A stretch of 48,680 bases of DNA, from contig OMIY01000368.1 in assembly GCA_900299215.1 (NCBI GenBank), positions 1 through 48,680 of the forward strand, written 5' to 3'. Shown piece by piece: positions 37,144 through 46,595 of this stretch. This stretch comes from a bacterium. GTDB taxonomy: Bacteria; Bdellovibrionota_B; Oligoflexia; Oligoflexales; CAIYRB01. How positions within the stretch are numbered: the stretch's first letter is position 1; each line of letters begins with the position of its first letter. The position numbers and the translations under genes are program-made. The notes beneath the pieces were generated by a model. The model did not search any database, was not told where the DNA came from, and saw only the letters and a list, made by a program, of their open reading frames with translations.

Positions 37144-38004
37144 ATGGCGTATCTATGGATGTTGTTTATGCTTAGTATTGTTGTCGTACTTATTGCTTTA
37201 TTTGGAATCTTAGCTGTAGCTATTTTCGGTACGCTGACACGACAAGCGCGACTTCTTCATGCTTACGCACTTCAAACGTGCTCAACATGGTTGCCCGCTT
37301 TAGCATTGGCCCTTTACGTAAGCCTAGCGCTCTCAAGCCTTTTCAAGAACGCTTTTGTTGGCCTCGGCATGCAGTGTCTCACTTTGGATTTAAGCCCACT
37401 AGAAGGCTCGATCTTGCTTTTTGCTGCTTTGCTTTTTGCGACCAAATTCATCAATTTAACCGCGATCGGAACTACATGCCTTTATCTTATTTTCATTTTC
37501 CATAACGGACACGCACTACTGAAAATACCGGAACTAATCTTTCTGACCGCTCAATTGGTTCTGGTTTTTATGGGAGATAAGGCTGTTTGGCAACAGCCCT
37601 TCGCCGGAAGCTTTGGTGTTGTCACACGTCGGATTGGGGTGACAAGCGTACTGATTGCAGCCATTCTTACAGTAATTTTTTCATTTTTTTATCTAGAGGA
37701 CGTGCGCCACCTACTTGACGCTAGGCTAGCACTTCGTATTTCAAGATCGCTTGTTGCTACAATTTTGACTGCGCTACTGATCGGTTGGTTAGGTGTTGAT
37801 ATCCGTTCACTTAGGCCCTTTTTAATGCCCTTTCTGGCCCTTCCAACTGTCATTTTAATGCAAGCACTGGGTCTATTGGGTAATTTCGGTGGAACTGTTA
37901 CTTTCCTGGTAATTTTGAGCATTTCTTGGGCTACCTCAGAACGAAGGCAGCGTCTCGGTACGGGAGTTGACGGCAACTTTTCTCACAAGATATCCTTTAG
38001 ATAG
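37144..38004 (+). CDS. Hypothetical polytopic membrane protein (start uncertain; ORF is open from 36943)
   Basis: About 8-9 hydrophobic segments after ATG 37144; no recognised motif. Confidence 0.6.
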   Translation: MAYLWMLFMLSIVVVLIALFGILAVAIFGTLTRQARLLHAYALQTCSTWLPALALALYVSLALSSLFKNAFVGLGMQCLTLDLSPLEGSILLFAALLFATKFINLTAIGTTCLYLIFIFHNGHALLKIPELIFLTAQLVLVFMGDKAVWQQPFAGSFGVVTRRIGVTSVLIAAILTVIFSFFYLEDVRHLLDARLALRISRSLVATILTALLIGWLGVDIRSLRPFLMPFLALPTVILMQALGLLGNFGGTVTFLVILSISWATSERRQRLGTGVDGNFSHKISFR

Positions 38005-38076
38005 TCTAAAAAAATCATCGACAATCTCCCGCCTAGCCTGTTAATTCCTTGGTGTTTTCTATTCGAAGGAACTTAC

Positions 38077-39048
38077 CTGAGTCAGCCTAGCCAAAAACAC
38101 ACCTCCGTTCTTCTCGAAGAGCTAGTCGATTCGCTAGACCTTAAACCAGGCAATATAGCTATTGATTGCACGGTCGGTGCTGGAGGTCATACCAAGGCGT
38201 TACTTGAAAAAGTAGGCCCGTCTGGTCTGGTGATCGGCATAGATCAAGATAGCGAGGCTCTGTCTATCGCTACCGAGCGTCTCGCCTCCTATATCTCCAC
38301 TGGGAATTTAAAGCTGATTAAGGCGCGCTTCTCCGACTTAGCGAGTATCGTTGATCATCTCAACTTAACCGGTAAGATTCAGGGTATTTGCGCAGATATC
38401 GGCGTATCCAGTATGCATCTAGATCAGGATGCGAGGGGTTTTTCCTTCGTAGGTGACGGCCCTCTAGATATGCGAATGGATCAATCCGGTACCAGAACTG
38501 CTGCAGACATTTTAGCTGAGTCGGATGAATCTACTTTAACAACAATTTTTCGTGAATTTGGCGAAGAGCCAAAGGCACGGCAAATAGCTAGAAAAATAGT
38601 CGAAGTACGAGACGAGAGTCCCATTTTGACGACATTGCAGCTAGCCGACCTAGTAAAAGCTGCGGCTAGGTATCCAACCGCCAGTCGCAAGCATCCCGCC
38701 ACAAGGGTCTTTCAGGCCCTACGCATTGCGGTTAACGATGAACTTGCTGAATTAGATACACTTCTAGAATGCGCCTTAACCGTACTTAAGCCCTGCGGAC
38801 GCCTAGCAATTATAAGTTTTCACTCTCTGGAAGACCGCAGAGTTAAACAAAAATTTATTTCTTTTACGGGAAGATCCAATAGAGACTCCGTCCCGAGAGA
38901 TCTTCCAATAACGGCCGCTGCGCTTAAAGAGCTTATAAACGCAAAAGCTGATATAATAAAACCCTTCCCCATAGTTGCCACATCGTCAGAAGTGGCCGCG
39001 AATCCTCGTTCTCGCAGTGCCAAATTACGCGTAATCGCAAAACTTTGA
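38077..39048 (+). CDS. rsmH: 16S rRNA m4C1402 methyltransferase RsmH (MraW), probable CTG start
   Basis: In-frame extension upstream of GTG 38230 encodes HTSVLLEE...DCTVGAGGH. Also DIGVSSMHLD, PLDMRMD, HPATRVFQALRIAVN, FHSLEDR, NPRSRSAKLR. Confidence 0.95.
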   Translation: MSQPSQKHTSVLLEELVDSLDLKPGNIAIDCTVGAGGHTKALLEKVGPSGLVIGIDQDSEALSIATERLASYISTGNLKLIKARFSDLASIVDHLNLTGKIQGICADIGVSSMHLDQDARGFSFVGDGPLDMRMDQSGTRTAADILAESDESTLTTIFREFGEEPKARQIARKIVEVRDESPILTTLQLADLVKAAARYPTASRKHPATRVFQALRIAVNDELAELDTLLECALTVLKPCGRLAIISFHSLEDRRVKQKFISFTGRSNRDSVPRDLPITAAALKELINAKADIIKPFPIVATSSEVAANPRSRSAKLRVIAKL

Positions 39049-39083
39049 ATTATCCCTTTTCTATATTAGACTTGAGGTTAGCG

Positions 39084-39365
39084 ATGAGCCAAAGGAACGC
39101 AATTTCCTGGTCAGCCACTACTCTGGTTGTCGGAGTTTGTTTGGTTCTAGTAACGTTGGCTATGCTGCGGATTCATCTTCGCGTGCAAACTACGATGATC
39201 GGTTATGAGATTGGACATTTGAAGGCGTCTGAGGCTCGTTTAATCGAAACGCGAAATGCTTTGAAAATGCAGTTAGCTAAAATGACCACTCAGAAACATC
39301 TACAGCGCATAATTCAAGTAAACGCTCCCAAGGGGGCTCCAGAAGGAATCTTTGCTCTTAAGTGA
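39084..39365 (+). CDS. ftsL: Cell division protein FtsL-like
   Basis: One TM plus leucine-heptad coiled coil (IGYEIGHLK...L...L); lies between rsmH and ftsI. Start is ATG 39084 after GAGG, or TTG 39045. Confidence 0.7.
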   Translation: MSQRNAISWSATTLVVGVCLVLVTLAMLRIHLRVQTTMIGYEIGHLKASEARLIETRNALKMQLAKMTTQKHLQRIIQVNAPKGAPEGIFALK

Positions 39366-41197
39366 TTCTTGCAACCAAAAAACTCTGGACATTTCTGTTT
39401 GGGAGACCCAGCAGGACACAAGCCGGCAGTTTCAGGTGGGATCGAGCTCGGTTCATTCAATGGACAATCTGGGGAGTGTTTGGCGCCATCTTTGCACGCG
39501 CAATCATACTCCATATTTTTCCGACGCAGGCCGATACGCTGCAACATATTGCTGATAATCAGTACCAGCAAGAAATCACCCTTGCGCCAAGTAGGGGAAA
39601 TATTTTTGATCATCGTGGTGAACCACTTGCTATTAGCGTCAAGAGGCCTTCACTAGCGATCAATCCGCGAGTTTTTAGGCCAAATGCAGCTGAAATTCAT
39701 CAACTCGCAAGGATACTCAAAGTTTCTTCACAGAAAGTCCGCGGCTTGCTCAATCGAAAAGGCTATTTTGCTTGGGTTGCCAGGCAGTTGGACCAAAGAG
39801 TGGCCGACGCCGCAATGAACCTTGGGATAGTCGGATTAGTAGAAATCAACGAACCGGCAAGATTCTACCCAGCTGGAGGTGCCGCCGCTCAAATTTTAGG
39901 GTTTACGGGCCTTGATAATGGCGGACTTGCTGGGTTAGAGCGTCAGTTCGACCGAGACCTTCGCGGCAAGGGTGTAAAGGTCATGGCAAGCAAGGATGCT
40001 CGTGGGAATTTTATCGTAAATGAATCAGTTGGTGCTGCTCCTGAGCGAACGGGCAACAGCATTATGCTTACGATTGATAGCGTGATTCAGGAGATTGCTG
40101 AAGAAGAACTTGCAGCCGGTGTCAAACAGTCTATGGCTCAGAAAGGGTTTGCGATTGTGTCAGATCCGCATACCGGACGCATATTGGCCGTTGCAAATTA
40201 TCCTTCATTTGACCCCAATAATAGCCGCCACGTAAAACTTGATCAGGCAAGAAATGGCGCCTTTTTGGATACTTTTGAGCCCGGATCAGTCATAAAGCCA
40301 TTCATTATCGCCCAGGCTATTGAAAACAAGAGCACCTATCCCGAAGAACAGCATAACTGTGACAGTGGGTCATTGAAAATTGGCAATCACACAATTCATG
40401 ACACACACGGATCAGACAGGTTAACCACCGGAGAGACGCTGATTCGATCAAGTAATATTTGTACTTACAAAATTGCGAGTCAGATGGGCCGTCAATCTAC
40501 TTACAATGCACTCATTGGTTTTGGTTTCGCAGGTAAGAACAGTTTGCTTGGGTTCCCAGGAGAAGCATCTGGATACGTCACAGACTTCCATAAATGGGCT
40601 CAGATTAGATTTGCCAACGTCTCATTTGGACACGGTTTCGCTGTCACAGGTTTAGAGCTGGTGCAAGCGATGGGTGCTCTGGCTAACGGTGGCCATCTAA
40701 TGAAGCCAGCTCTAGTCGAACGGATTGTATCGTCTGATGGTCTACTCGTAAGCAGTGCGAGTACCAAGGTTGTCCGTGATGTAGTTTCTCCATCTACAGC
40801 TAGAACTATGCGCAACTTACTTCAGAAAGTAGTGACTGATTCGCATGGAACAGGCAAGAAAGCCAAGGCTCAGAGCTACAGCACAGCTGGCAAAACTGGA
40901 ACTGCTCAGAAAGTTGAACCTGGGGTAAAAGGTTACGCTAAGGGTAAATATATTGCGAGTTTCGTCGGTTTCTCTCCGGTGGAAGACCCACACCTGGTTG
41001 TATATGTGATGATCGACGAACCCGGCGGAAAGCTTTATTATGGTGGCGAAGTTGCTGGGCCTGTATTTGCCCGGATCGTGGAGCGAAGTCTTCGCTACCT
41101 AAACGTCGCACCAGATCTACCGGGACATACTGATAAACCGGCACAGCCGCCGTTAGCGATTCATGAACCAAATGGGTCCAATGTTAAAAAAATGTGA
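39362..41197 (+). CDS. ftsI: Class B penicillin-binding protein FtsI (PBP3)
   Basis: RGNIFDHRG, RFYP, GLE; SxxK (EPGSVIK), SxN (SSN), KTGTAQ. Confidence 0.93.
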   Translation: MILATKKLWTFLFGRPSRTQAGSFRWDRARFIQWTIWGVFGAIFARAIILHIFPTQADTLQHIADNQYQQEITLAPSRGNIFDHRGEPLAISVKRPSLAINPRVFRPNAAEIHQLARILKVSSQKVRGLLNRKGYFAWVARQLDQRVADAAMNLGIVGLVEINEPARFYPAGGAAAQILGFTGLDNGGLAGLERQFDRDLRGKGVKVMASKDARGNFIVNESVGAAPERTGNSIMLTIDSVIQEIAEEELAAGVKQSMAQKGFAIVSDPHTGRILAVANYPSFDPNNSRHVKLDQARNGAFLDTFEPGSVIKPFIIAQAIENKSTYPEEQHNCDSGSLKIGNHTIHDTHGSDRLTTGETLIRSSNICTYKIASQMGRQSTYNALIGFGFAGKNSLLGFPGEASGYVTDFHKWAQIRFANVSFGHGFAVTGLELVQAMGALANGGHLMKPALVERIVSSDGLLVSSASTKVVRDVVSPSTARTMRNLLQKVVTDSHGTGKKAKAQSYSTAGKTGTAQKVEPGVKGYAKGKYIASFVGFSPVEDPHLVVYVMIDEPGGKLYYGGEVAGPVFARIVERSLRYLNVAPDLPGHTDKPAQPPLAIHEPNGSNVKKM

Positions 41198-42719
41198 AAT
41201 TTCGACTCAAAGCTCGCTAATCGCACTTATGACCGCTGGGCTTGTCGTTGATCATTGCAAAAAGCCCCTATCGCGCGAAAAAAGTGCCGTCTGTACAGAC
41301 TCTCGGAAGGCTCAGACTGGCTGTATATTCATTGCAATTAAGGGCACGAAGCACGATGGCCATCGTCACCTCAATGAACTCGCCGGTCTTGGATTATCCT
41401 TGATCGTGACCGAGTGTGACCCCCCTCCGGAAGCAAATTGGGCCAAGACTACCCCGTGGATTAGAGTAAGTAGTTCCCGTAAAGCGTGGAGTTATCTGGC
41501 TTCCTCAGCATATGACGAGCCGCAGACTAATCTCAAACTAATTGCAGTAACTGGGACGAATGGCAAAACAAGTACCGTTTGGATGGTAGGTGAGCTTCTT
41601 AGGACCTCTGGAATCAAGTGCATGACAGTGGGAACCTTAGGGGCCTACATTGGTGACCAACATTTTCCTACAGGGCATACGACTCCAGATCCAGATATCT
41701 TATTCAGTTTGCTGCGCCTTGCGACTGACCAGGGAGTCTCTGTTGTTGCCATGGAAGCTTCTTCGCATGCATTAGCGCAATCCAAGCTTGCCGCATTATC
41801 TTTTGATGCTATGGCATTCACAAGTTTTTCCCGTGACCATTTGGACTTTCATGAAAGTTTGGAAGACTACTGGAAAGCTAAGTGGCAATTATTTACTGAA
41901 TTGGGGAAACCTGGTGCATTGTGCGCCTTTTCGGCAAGCCTTGGCACACAACTAAACTTGGGTACTCTTTCAGGCCGTGACGTTCAACTTTACGGCGCCA
42001 AGCAGCACTTTCCATCAGTTCAAAATTCGAAAGATTCTATGGTGAAGTTGACGACCTACGAAGTTACAACCTCCGATTTCAATGGCAGTCAAATTAACTT
42101 GTCATCCCCAGGCAGCACAGTCAAATCGGGCTTTGTACCCTACTTCGCGGATCATGCCCTCGATAATTTCACTGCAGCAGAAATCTTGGCATCTCGCGTT
42201 TCGTCCAGAGCCATCCCCTCAAACGTATGGCGTCACTTGCGGGCAGTACCAGGGAGGCTTGAGCAAGTTCTCATTTCAGGCAGACCAGGAGTTATTGTTG
42301 ATTATGCTCATACACCCGATGCCCTTGAGAAGACGCTTCGTGTCCTTAAACCTCTTTGCCGAGGCAAGCTCCACGTCGTTTTTGGCTGCGGTGGCAACAG
42401 GGATAAAGGCAAAAGACCGATCATGGGTGGCATAGCCTCTACGATTGCTGACCATGTAATTATCACCTCAGATAATCCTCGTCATGAGGACCCCGCAGCC
42501 ATCGCAAACGACATCTGCGGTGGCACACATGGCGCAACAACTGTCGACGTGGAACTCGATCGAGAATTAGCAATACGTCAAGCGATTGAGGGCGCTAAAG
42601 CAGCCGATCTTATCTTAATCGCTGGTAAAGGCCACGAAACTGAGCAGATATTTGCAGATCGAGTCGTGCCTTTTGATGACCGCTTAATCGCTAAAAAAGC
42701 TCTCTTAGAAACAAAATAG
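41163..42719 (+). CDS. murE: UDP-MurNAc-tripeptide synthetase MurE (meso-DAP-type DNPR motif)
   Basis: TGTNGKTS, TTPD, MEASSH, RDHLDFH, VDYAHTPDAL, SDNPR, AGKGHE. Confidence 0.96.
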   Translation: MNQMGPMLKKCEISTQSSLIALMTAGLVVDHCKKPLSREKSAVCTDSRKAQTGCIFIAIKGTKHDGHRHLNELAGLGLSLIVTECDPPPEANWAKTTPWIRVSSSRKAWSYLASSAYDEPQTNLKLIAVTGTNGKTSTVWMVGELLRTSGIKCMTVGTLGAYIGDQHFPTGHTTPDPDILFSLLRLATDQGVSVVAMEASSHALAQSKLAALSFDAMAFTSFSRDHLDFHESLEDYWKAKWQLFTELGKPGALCAFSASLGTQLNLGTLSGRDVQLYGAKQHFPSVQNSKDSMVKLTTYEVTTSDFNGSQINLSSPGSTVKSGFVPYFADHALDNFTAAEILASRVSSRAIPSNVWRHLRAVPGRLEQVLISGRPGVIVDYAHTPDALEKTLRVLKPLCRGKLHVVFGCGGNRDKGKRPIMGGIASTIADHVIITSDNPRHEDPAAIANDICGGTHGATTVDVELDRELAIRQAIEGAKAADLILIAGKGHETEQIFADRVVPFDDRLIAKKALLETK

Positions 42720-42731
42720 TGGGAGGGGCCG

Positions 42732-44141
42732 ATGCTGACTTGGGCAGACTACCGTGAATGGCTAGGAACGACTGCGGTGTCAGAAACCGATCCAAAAGTT
42801 AGGGCACCGGAGCTAGCCGAGTTGTCCACAGATAGCCGTACCATTCACCAAGATCACTGGTTTGTCCCTTTAGAGGGACCGAATTTTGATGGTCACCGGT
42901 ACATCGCGGAGGCGATCTCAAAGGGCGCTCGTGGCTTTTTTTATAGGTCCGAAAAAGCGAGTCTATTACCCGCTAATTTGCGTCCATTGGGCTTAGAAGT
43001 AACAGATACTCTTCAAGCTTTTCAATTAGCCGCGGCTGGTTGGAGAAAAACATTAAAAAATCTCAGGTTATTGGCTTTAACTGGATCTGCCGGCAAGACT
43101 ACGACCAAAGAAATGCTCGCTTCCATACTTCGAGCTGATGGCCCCACTTTTGCCACCCTTGCTAGTTTTAACAACGAGGTTGGAGTTCCCAAGAGCCTGC
43201 AGCAGTTGACCCCGGATCTTCGTTATGCAGCACTGGAATTTGGGGCGCGGATGCCGGGTAATATAAAATTCCTCTGCGAAATGGCTGCACCATATATTGT
43301 AGGCCTGTTGAATGTCGGATCTGCACACTTAGGTGTTTTCGGCTCCATAGAAAATCTACTGGCAACCAAACTTGAGATTTTTCGAAATTGCCCAGAAAAT
43401 GCGATACAAATCGCCAACAGTGATGATCCGCGTATTCTTGAAAACGCAATTAAAACAGGAAAAAAAACGCTAACATTCGGTACTTCGTCTTTAGCGGATG
43501 TTAGATTATTAAGTAGCGAGTGGCTAAATGACGGCCAGATGAGGATCAGGCTGAGGCTGTCGTCGAAAGGCGAAATAACTGTTGTACTTGGAGTCGCGCA
43601 TGAAATGTTTCCAATCAATGTTGCCGCAGCAACAGCAATGGCATTGGCGGCTGGAGTTAGAGCTGAATCAATCGCCGCTGGTTTGGATGGTTTTCGCGGA
43701 ATCCGCGGCCGCTACTTTATCCAAAAAGTGCATGATTTAACGGTGATAGACGACACTTATAATGCCAACCCAGAAAGTATGGCGGCTGGGCTAAAGACCG
43801 TTAGTCGCGCCTTTTCTGGTAAAAAAATAATACTTGTTTTAGGTGATATGTTGGAGCTCGGGGATTCCAGCGCCCAGAATCATCAGAAAATTGGTCAACA
43901 TCATGTTGCCACATTAAACCCAAGTCATCTGATCACTGTCGGTACCGAGGCAAAGCATTTAGCTGCAGGCGCACGCACCGGTGGTTTGAAGCCCGAGCAA
44001 GTCCAATCCTTTGACAATATCGACCAATTACTGACTGCCTGTATCGATTTTCGGCGCCTTGGCAACGTGGTTTATGCAAAAGGATCTAACGGAATCAAGT
44101 TAAACAAACTTGTCGAACAAATTATCGCGGTGAACAAATGA
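42732..44141 (+). CDS. murF: UDP-MurNAc-pentapeptide synthetase MurF
   Basis: STDSR, GPNFDGH, TGSAGKTTTKE, FNNEVGVP, DDTYNANPESM, GDMLELG, KGS. Confidence 0.96.
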   Translation: MLTWADYREWLGTTAVSETDPKVRAPELAELSTDSRTIHQDHWFVPLEGPNFDGHRYIAEAISKGARGFFYRSEKASLLPANLRPLGLEVTDTLQAFQLAAAGWRKTLKNLRLLALTGSAGKTTTKEMLASILRADGPTFATLASFNNEVGVPKSLQQLTPDLRYAALEFGARMPGNIKFLCEMAAPYIVGLLNVGSAHLGVFGSIENLLATKLEIFRNCPENAIQIANSDDPRILENAIKTGKKTLTFGTSSLADVRLLSSEWLNDGQMRIRLRLSSKGEITVVLGVAHEMFPINVAAATAMALAAGVRAESIAAGLDGFRGIRGRYFIQKVHDLTVIDDTYNANPESMAAGLKTVSRAFSGKKIILVLGDMLELGDSSAQNHQKIGQHHVATLNPSHLITVGTEAKHLAAGARTGGLKPEQVQSFDNIDQLLTACIDFRRLGNVVYAKGSNGIKLNKLVEQIIAVNK

Positions 44142-45418
44142 TCTCGTTAGTAATCGGCGCAGGAGTCTCTGGGTTTGGTGCAGCTAAACTTCTCCGAGCT
44201 CGCGGTAAGAATGTGAGGGTGTCAGACGGCGGAATACTTAGTCCTGATAAATTGGCAAAATTCAGCGCACTCGGTATTGAGGTTCTGCATGGGGGCCACA
44301 GACTAGATCACTTAGACGGCGTTTCTGAAATAGTGATATCACCTGGAGTTAATGCCTCTCATCCGCTACTAACTGAGGCGAAAAATCGAGGAATTCAGGC
44401 GGTATCTGAGATTGATTTGGCTATGGCTTCCTACAATGGAACGATTTATGCCGTAACGGGTACAAATGGGAAAAGCACCACATGTGCAATGATTCACCAT
44501 ATTTTACAGCGACTTGGAATAAAGAGTGCACTGGCCGGAAATTTTGGCATGCCTCCTAGTCAAATTCTTGCTGAAGATGGGGAGTTGCCTCCCCACTTAG
44601 TTCTTGAGCTTTCCTCATATCAACTTGAGCAAACTTCTGGCCTAAACCCAACTGTAAGTATTTTCACCAGTTTTTCTCATGATCATATGGCACGTCATGG
44701 TTCCATGTTTGGCTACTTGCAAGCTAAGTGGCGAATATTCGATCACATGAAACCTTCCGGTTTAGTTTTAGCTCCGTCCGAAATTTTGATGGCCGCTAAT
44801 GACTTAGGTTTAAAACTTAGTCCGTCAATTAATAAAATCATCTCCGACCGAAGCTACATTTGCTCGCTAGCGCCTAGCTCAATTGTAGAACCGCATAATA
44901 GATTAAACGCTGGCTTCGCTATAGCTTCTGTCTCACATTCACTTGGCTTAACTCCAGAGAGCATCGCTTCAAAATTAAACGACTTTGTGGGTTTAAGACA
45001 CCGATGCGAATTGATCGGCAATATTAACGGTCATCCGTGCATAAACGATAGTAAATCCACTAATGTTGAGTCCACGATAGTTGCTCTTGAAGGCCAAGTT
45101 ACTCCAGTACTATTGATGATGGGAGGGCAAGGAAAAGGAGAAAGCTATGAGCCTCTCCTAAGTTACAAAAATAAAATCGCCGCAGTTATCACCTTTGGAG
45201 CATCGGGACCAGACATAGCTAGAGATCTTAGCTCTAAGATTATGGTGCATGAATTTCCTACCCTTGCTGTCGCATTGAGCCAAATCGCTGGCATAATAAG
45301 TAAGGTTCGATCACCGGTATTGTTTTCGCCTGGATGCGCTAGCTTTGATGAATTCGATAATTACGAACATCGTGGTGATGTCTTCATCATTGGCATGAAG
45401 AGTTTTTTGGATCGCTAA
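44138..45418 (+). CDS. murD: UDP-MurNAc-L-Ala:D-Glu ligase MurD
   Basis: SPGV, VTGTNGKSTT, LELSSYQL, DHMARH, NDSKSTN, FSPGCASFDEF...RG. Confidence 0.95.
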   Translation: MISLVIGAGVSGFGAAKLLRARGKNVRVSDGGILSPDKLAKFSALGIEVLHGGHRLDHLDGVSEIVISPGVNASHPLLTEAKNRGIQAVSEIDLAMASYNGTIYAVTGTNGKSTTCAMIHHILQRLGIKSALAGNFGMPPSQILAEDGELPPHLVLELSSYQLEQTSGLNPTVSIFTSFSHDHMARHGSMFGYLQAKWRIFDHMKPSGLVLAPSEILMAANDLGLKLSPSINKIISDRSYICSLAPSSIVEPHNRLNAGFAIASVSHSLGLTPESIASKLNDFVGLRHRCELIGNINGHPCINDSKSTNVESTIVALEGQVTPVLLMMGGQGKGESYEPLLSYKNKIAAVITFGASGPDIARDLSSKIMVHEFPTLAVALSQIAGIISKVRSPVLFSPGCASFDEFDNYEHRGDVFIIGMKSFLDR

Positions 45419-45440
45419 CCTACCGCAGGAGGAGCTGACA

Positions 45441-46595
45441 TTGACGTCACTTGAAGATTCGTCTCGATTCAACTCCCAACAACAGCGAATCCTATTAGTA
45501 GTAATTTTGCTTACTCTGATGGGATTAACTGCAATTTATGCGGCGTCCTCTTTGAAGGGCCAACAGCAATTCAGCGACGAATTTCTATTTTTGCGGAAGC
45601 AGATTGGAGCTACTTTTGTCGGATTGATCGGTTTCGCGGCGATTCAAATCCTGCCATGGCGTTGGATTGAGCGCGCAACATTGCCACTACTGTTATTTAC
45701 AGTCGGTCTTTTATCCTTAATTTTTATACCAGGTATGTATGTGAAAATCGGTGGTGCATCTAGATGGTTGAATTTACCACTAATAGGTGGTCAGCCCTCC
45801 GAATTAACAAAACTTGCAATGGTACTATTCCTCGCAAGGAATTTGAGCCGCCCATCTAGCGACATACACAGCTTTGTTCGTGGAGTGATGCCAAATATTT
45901 TTGTCTTCGCCTTAGTTTCTGGTTTGCTTTTATTACAAAAGGACCTCGGAACACCTGTATTATTATTTGCTGTCACCTTCTGTATGTTGTTTGCTGCAGG
46001 TGTTACTCGAAAATTTGTTCTCTCTGCCGTTGGAGCTTTTTTAGGTGCTGTTGGGTTAGCTGTAATCTTTGAGCCATATAGAATGGCAAGGATCATGAGT
46101 TTTCTTGATCCTTGGTCGCAAGTAAAGGGCAGTGGTTTTCAAATAATTCAAAGTTTCGTTGCATTTCAAAACGGCGGACTTTTTGGCGTAGGTCTCGGGG
46201 AGTCCAAACAGAAGCTGTTTTTTTTGCCTGAAGCTCACACTGATTTCATCCTTGCAGTAATCGGAGAAGAGAGCGGCCTACTCGGTGTTTTATTGGTTTG
46301 TGCCTGTTTTCTTTATCTATGTGCTGTTGGGTTTCACATTGCCCAACACCAACAGTCTGCTCATAAGCGCTTTTTGGCGTTCGGCTTAACCGTGACAATA
46401 GTTATACAAGCCCTAATTAATATCGGTGTTTGTATGGGCCTCTTACCGACAAAGGGCATGACATTACCTTTTGTTTCCAGCGGAAGTAGTTCCTTGCTGG
46501 TTTTCCTGATGATTTCCGCTATCTTGACAAAGTTGGCCGGGATGTCACCGGCATCTTTGGAGGAAAAGGCGGGACATGCTGAAAGGCCAGCTTAG
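45441..46595 (+). CDS. ftsW: SEDS peptidoglycan glycosyltransferase FtsW
   Basis: GASRW, QPSELTK, DLGT, FLPEAHTDFI, LPTKGMTLPFVSSG; GGAGG RBS before TTG. Confidence 0.95.
   Translation: MTSLEDSSRFNSQQQRILLVVILLTLMGLTAIYAASSLKGQQQFSDEFLFLRKQIGATFVGLIGFAAIQILPWRWIERATLPLLLFTVGLLSLIFIPGMYVKIGGASRWLNLPLIGGQPSELTKLAMVLFLARNLSRPSSDIHSFVRGVMPNIFVFALVSGLLLLQKDLGTPVLLFAVTFCMLFAAGVTRKFVLSAVGAFLGAVGLAVIFEPYRMARIMSFLDPWSQVKGSGFQIIQSFVAFQNGGLFGVGLGESKQKLFFLPEAHTDFILAVIGEESGLLGVLLVCACFLYLCAVGFHIAQHQQSAHKRFLAFGLTVTIVIQALINIGVCMGLLPTKGMTLPFVSSGSSSLLVFLMISAILTKLAGMSPASLEEKAGHAERPA

Noticed and set aside
38002-38079. Read-through fusion of the membrane protein with RsmH (same frame across TAG)
   Set aside because: An RBS-like GAAGGA and CTG at the expected RsmH start explain it more simply; I know of no membrane-fused RsmH.
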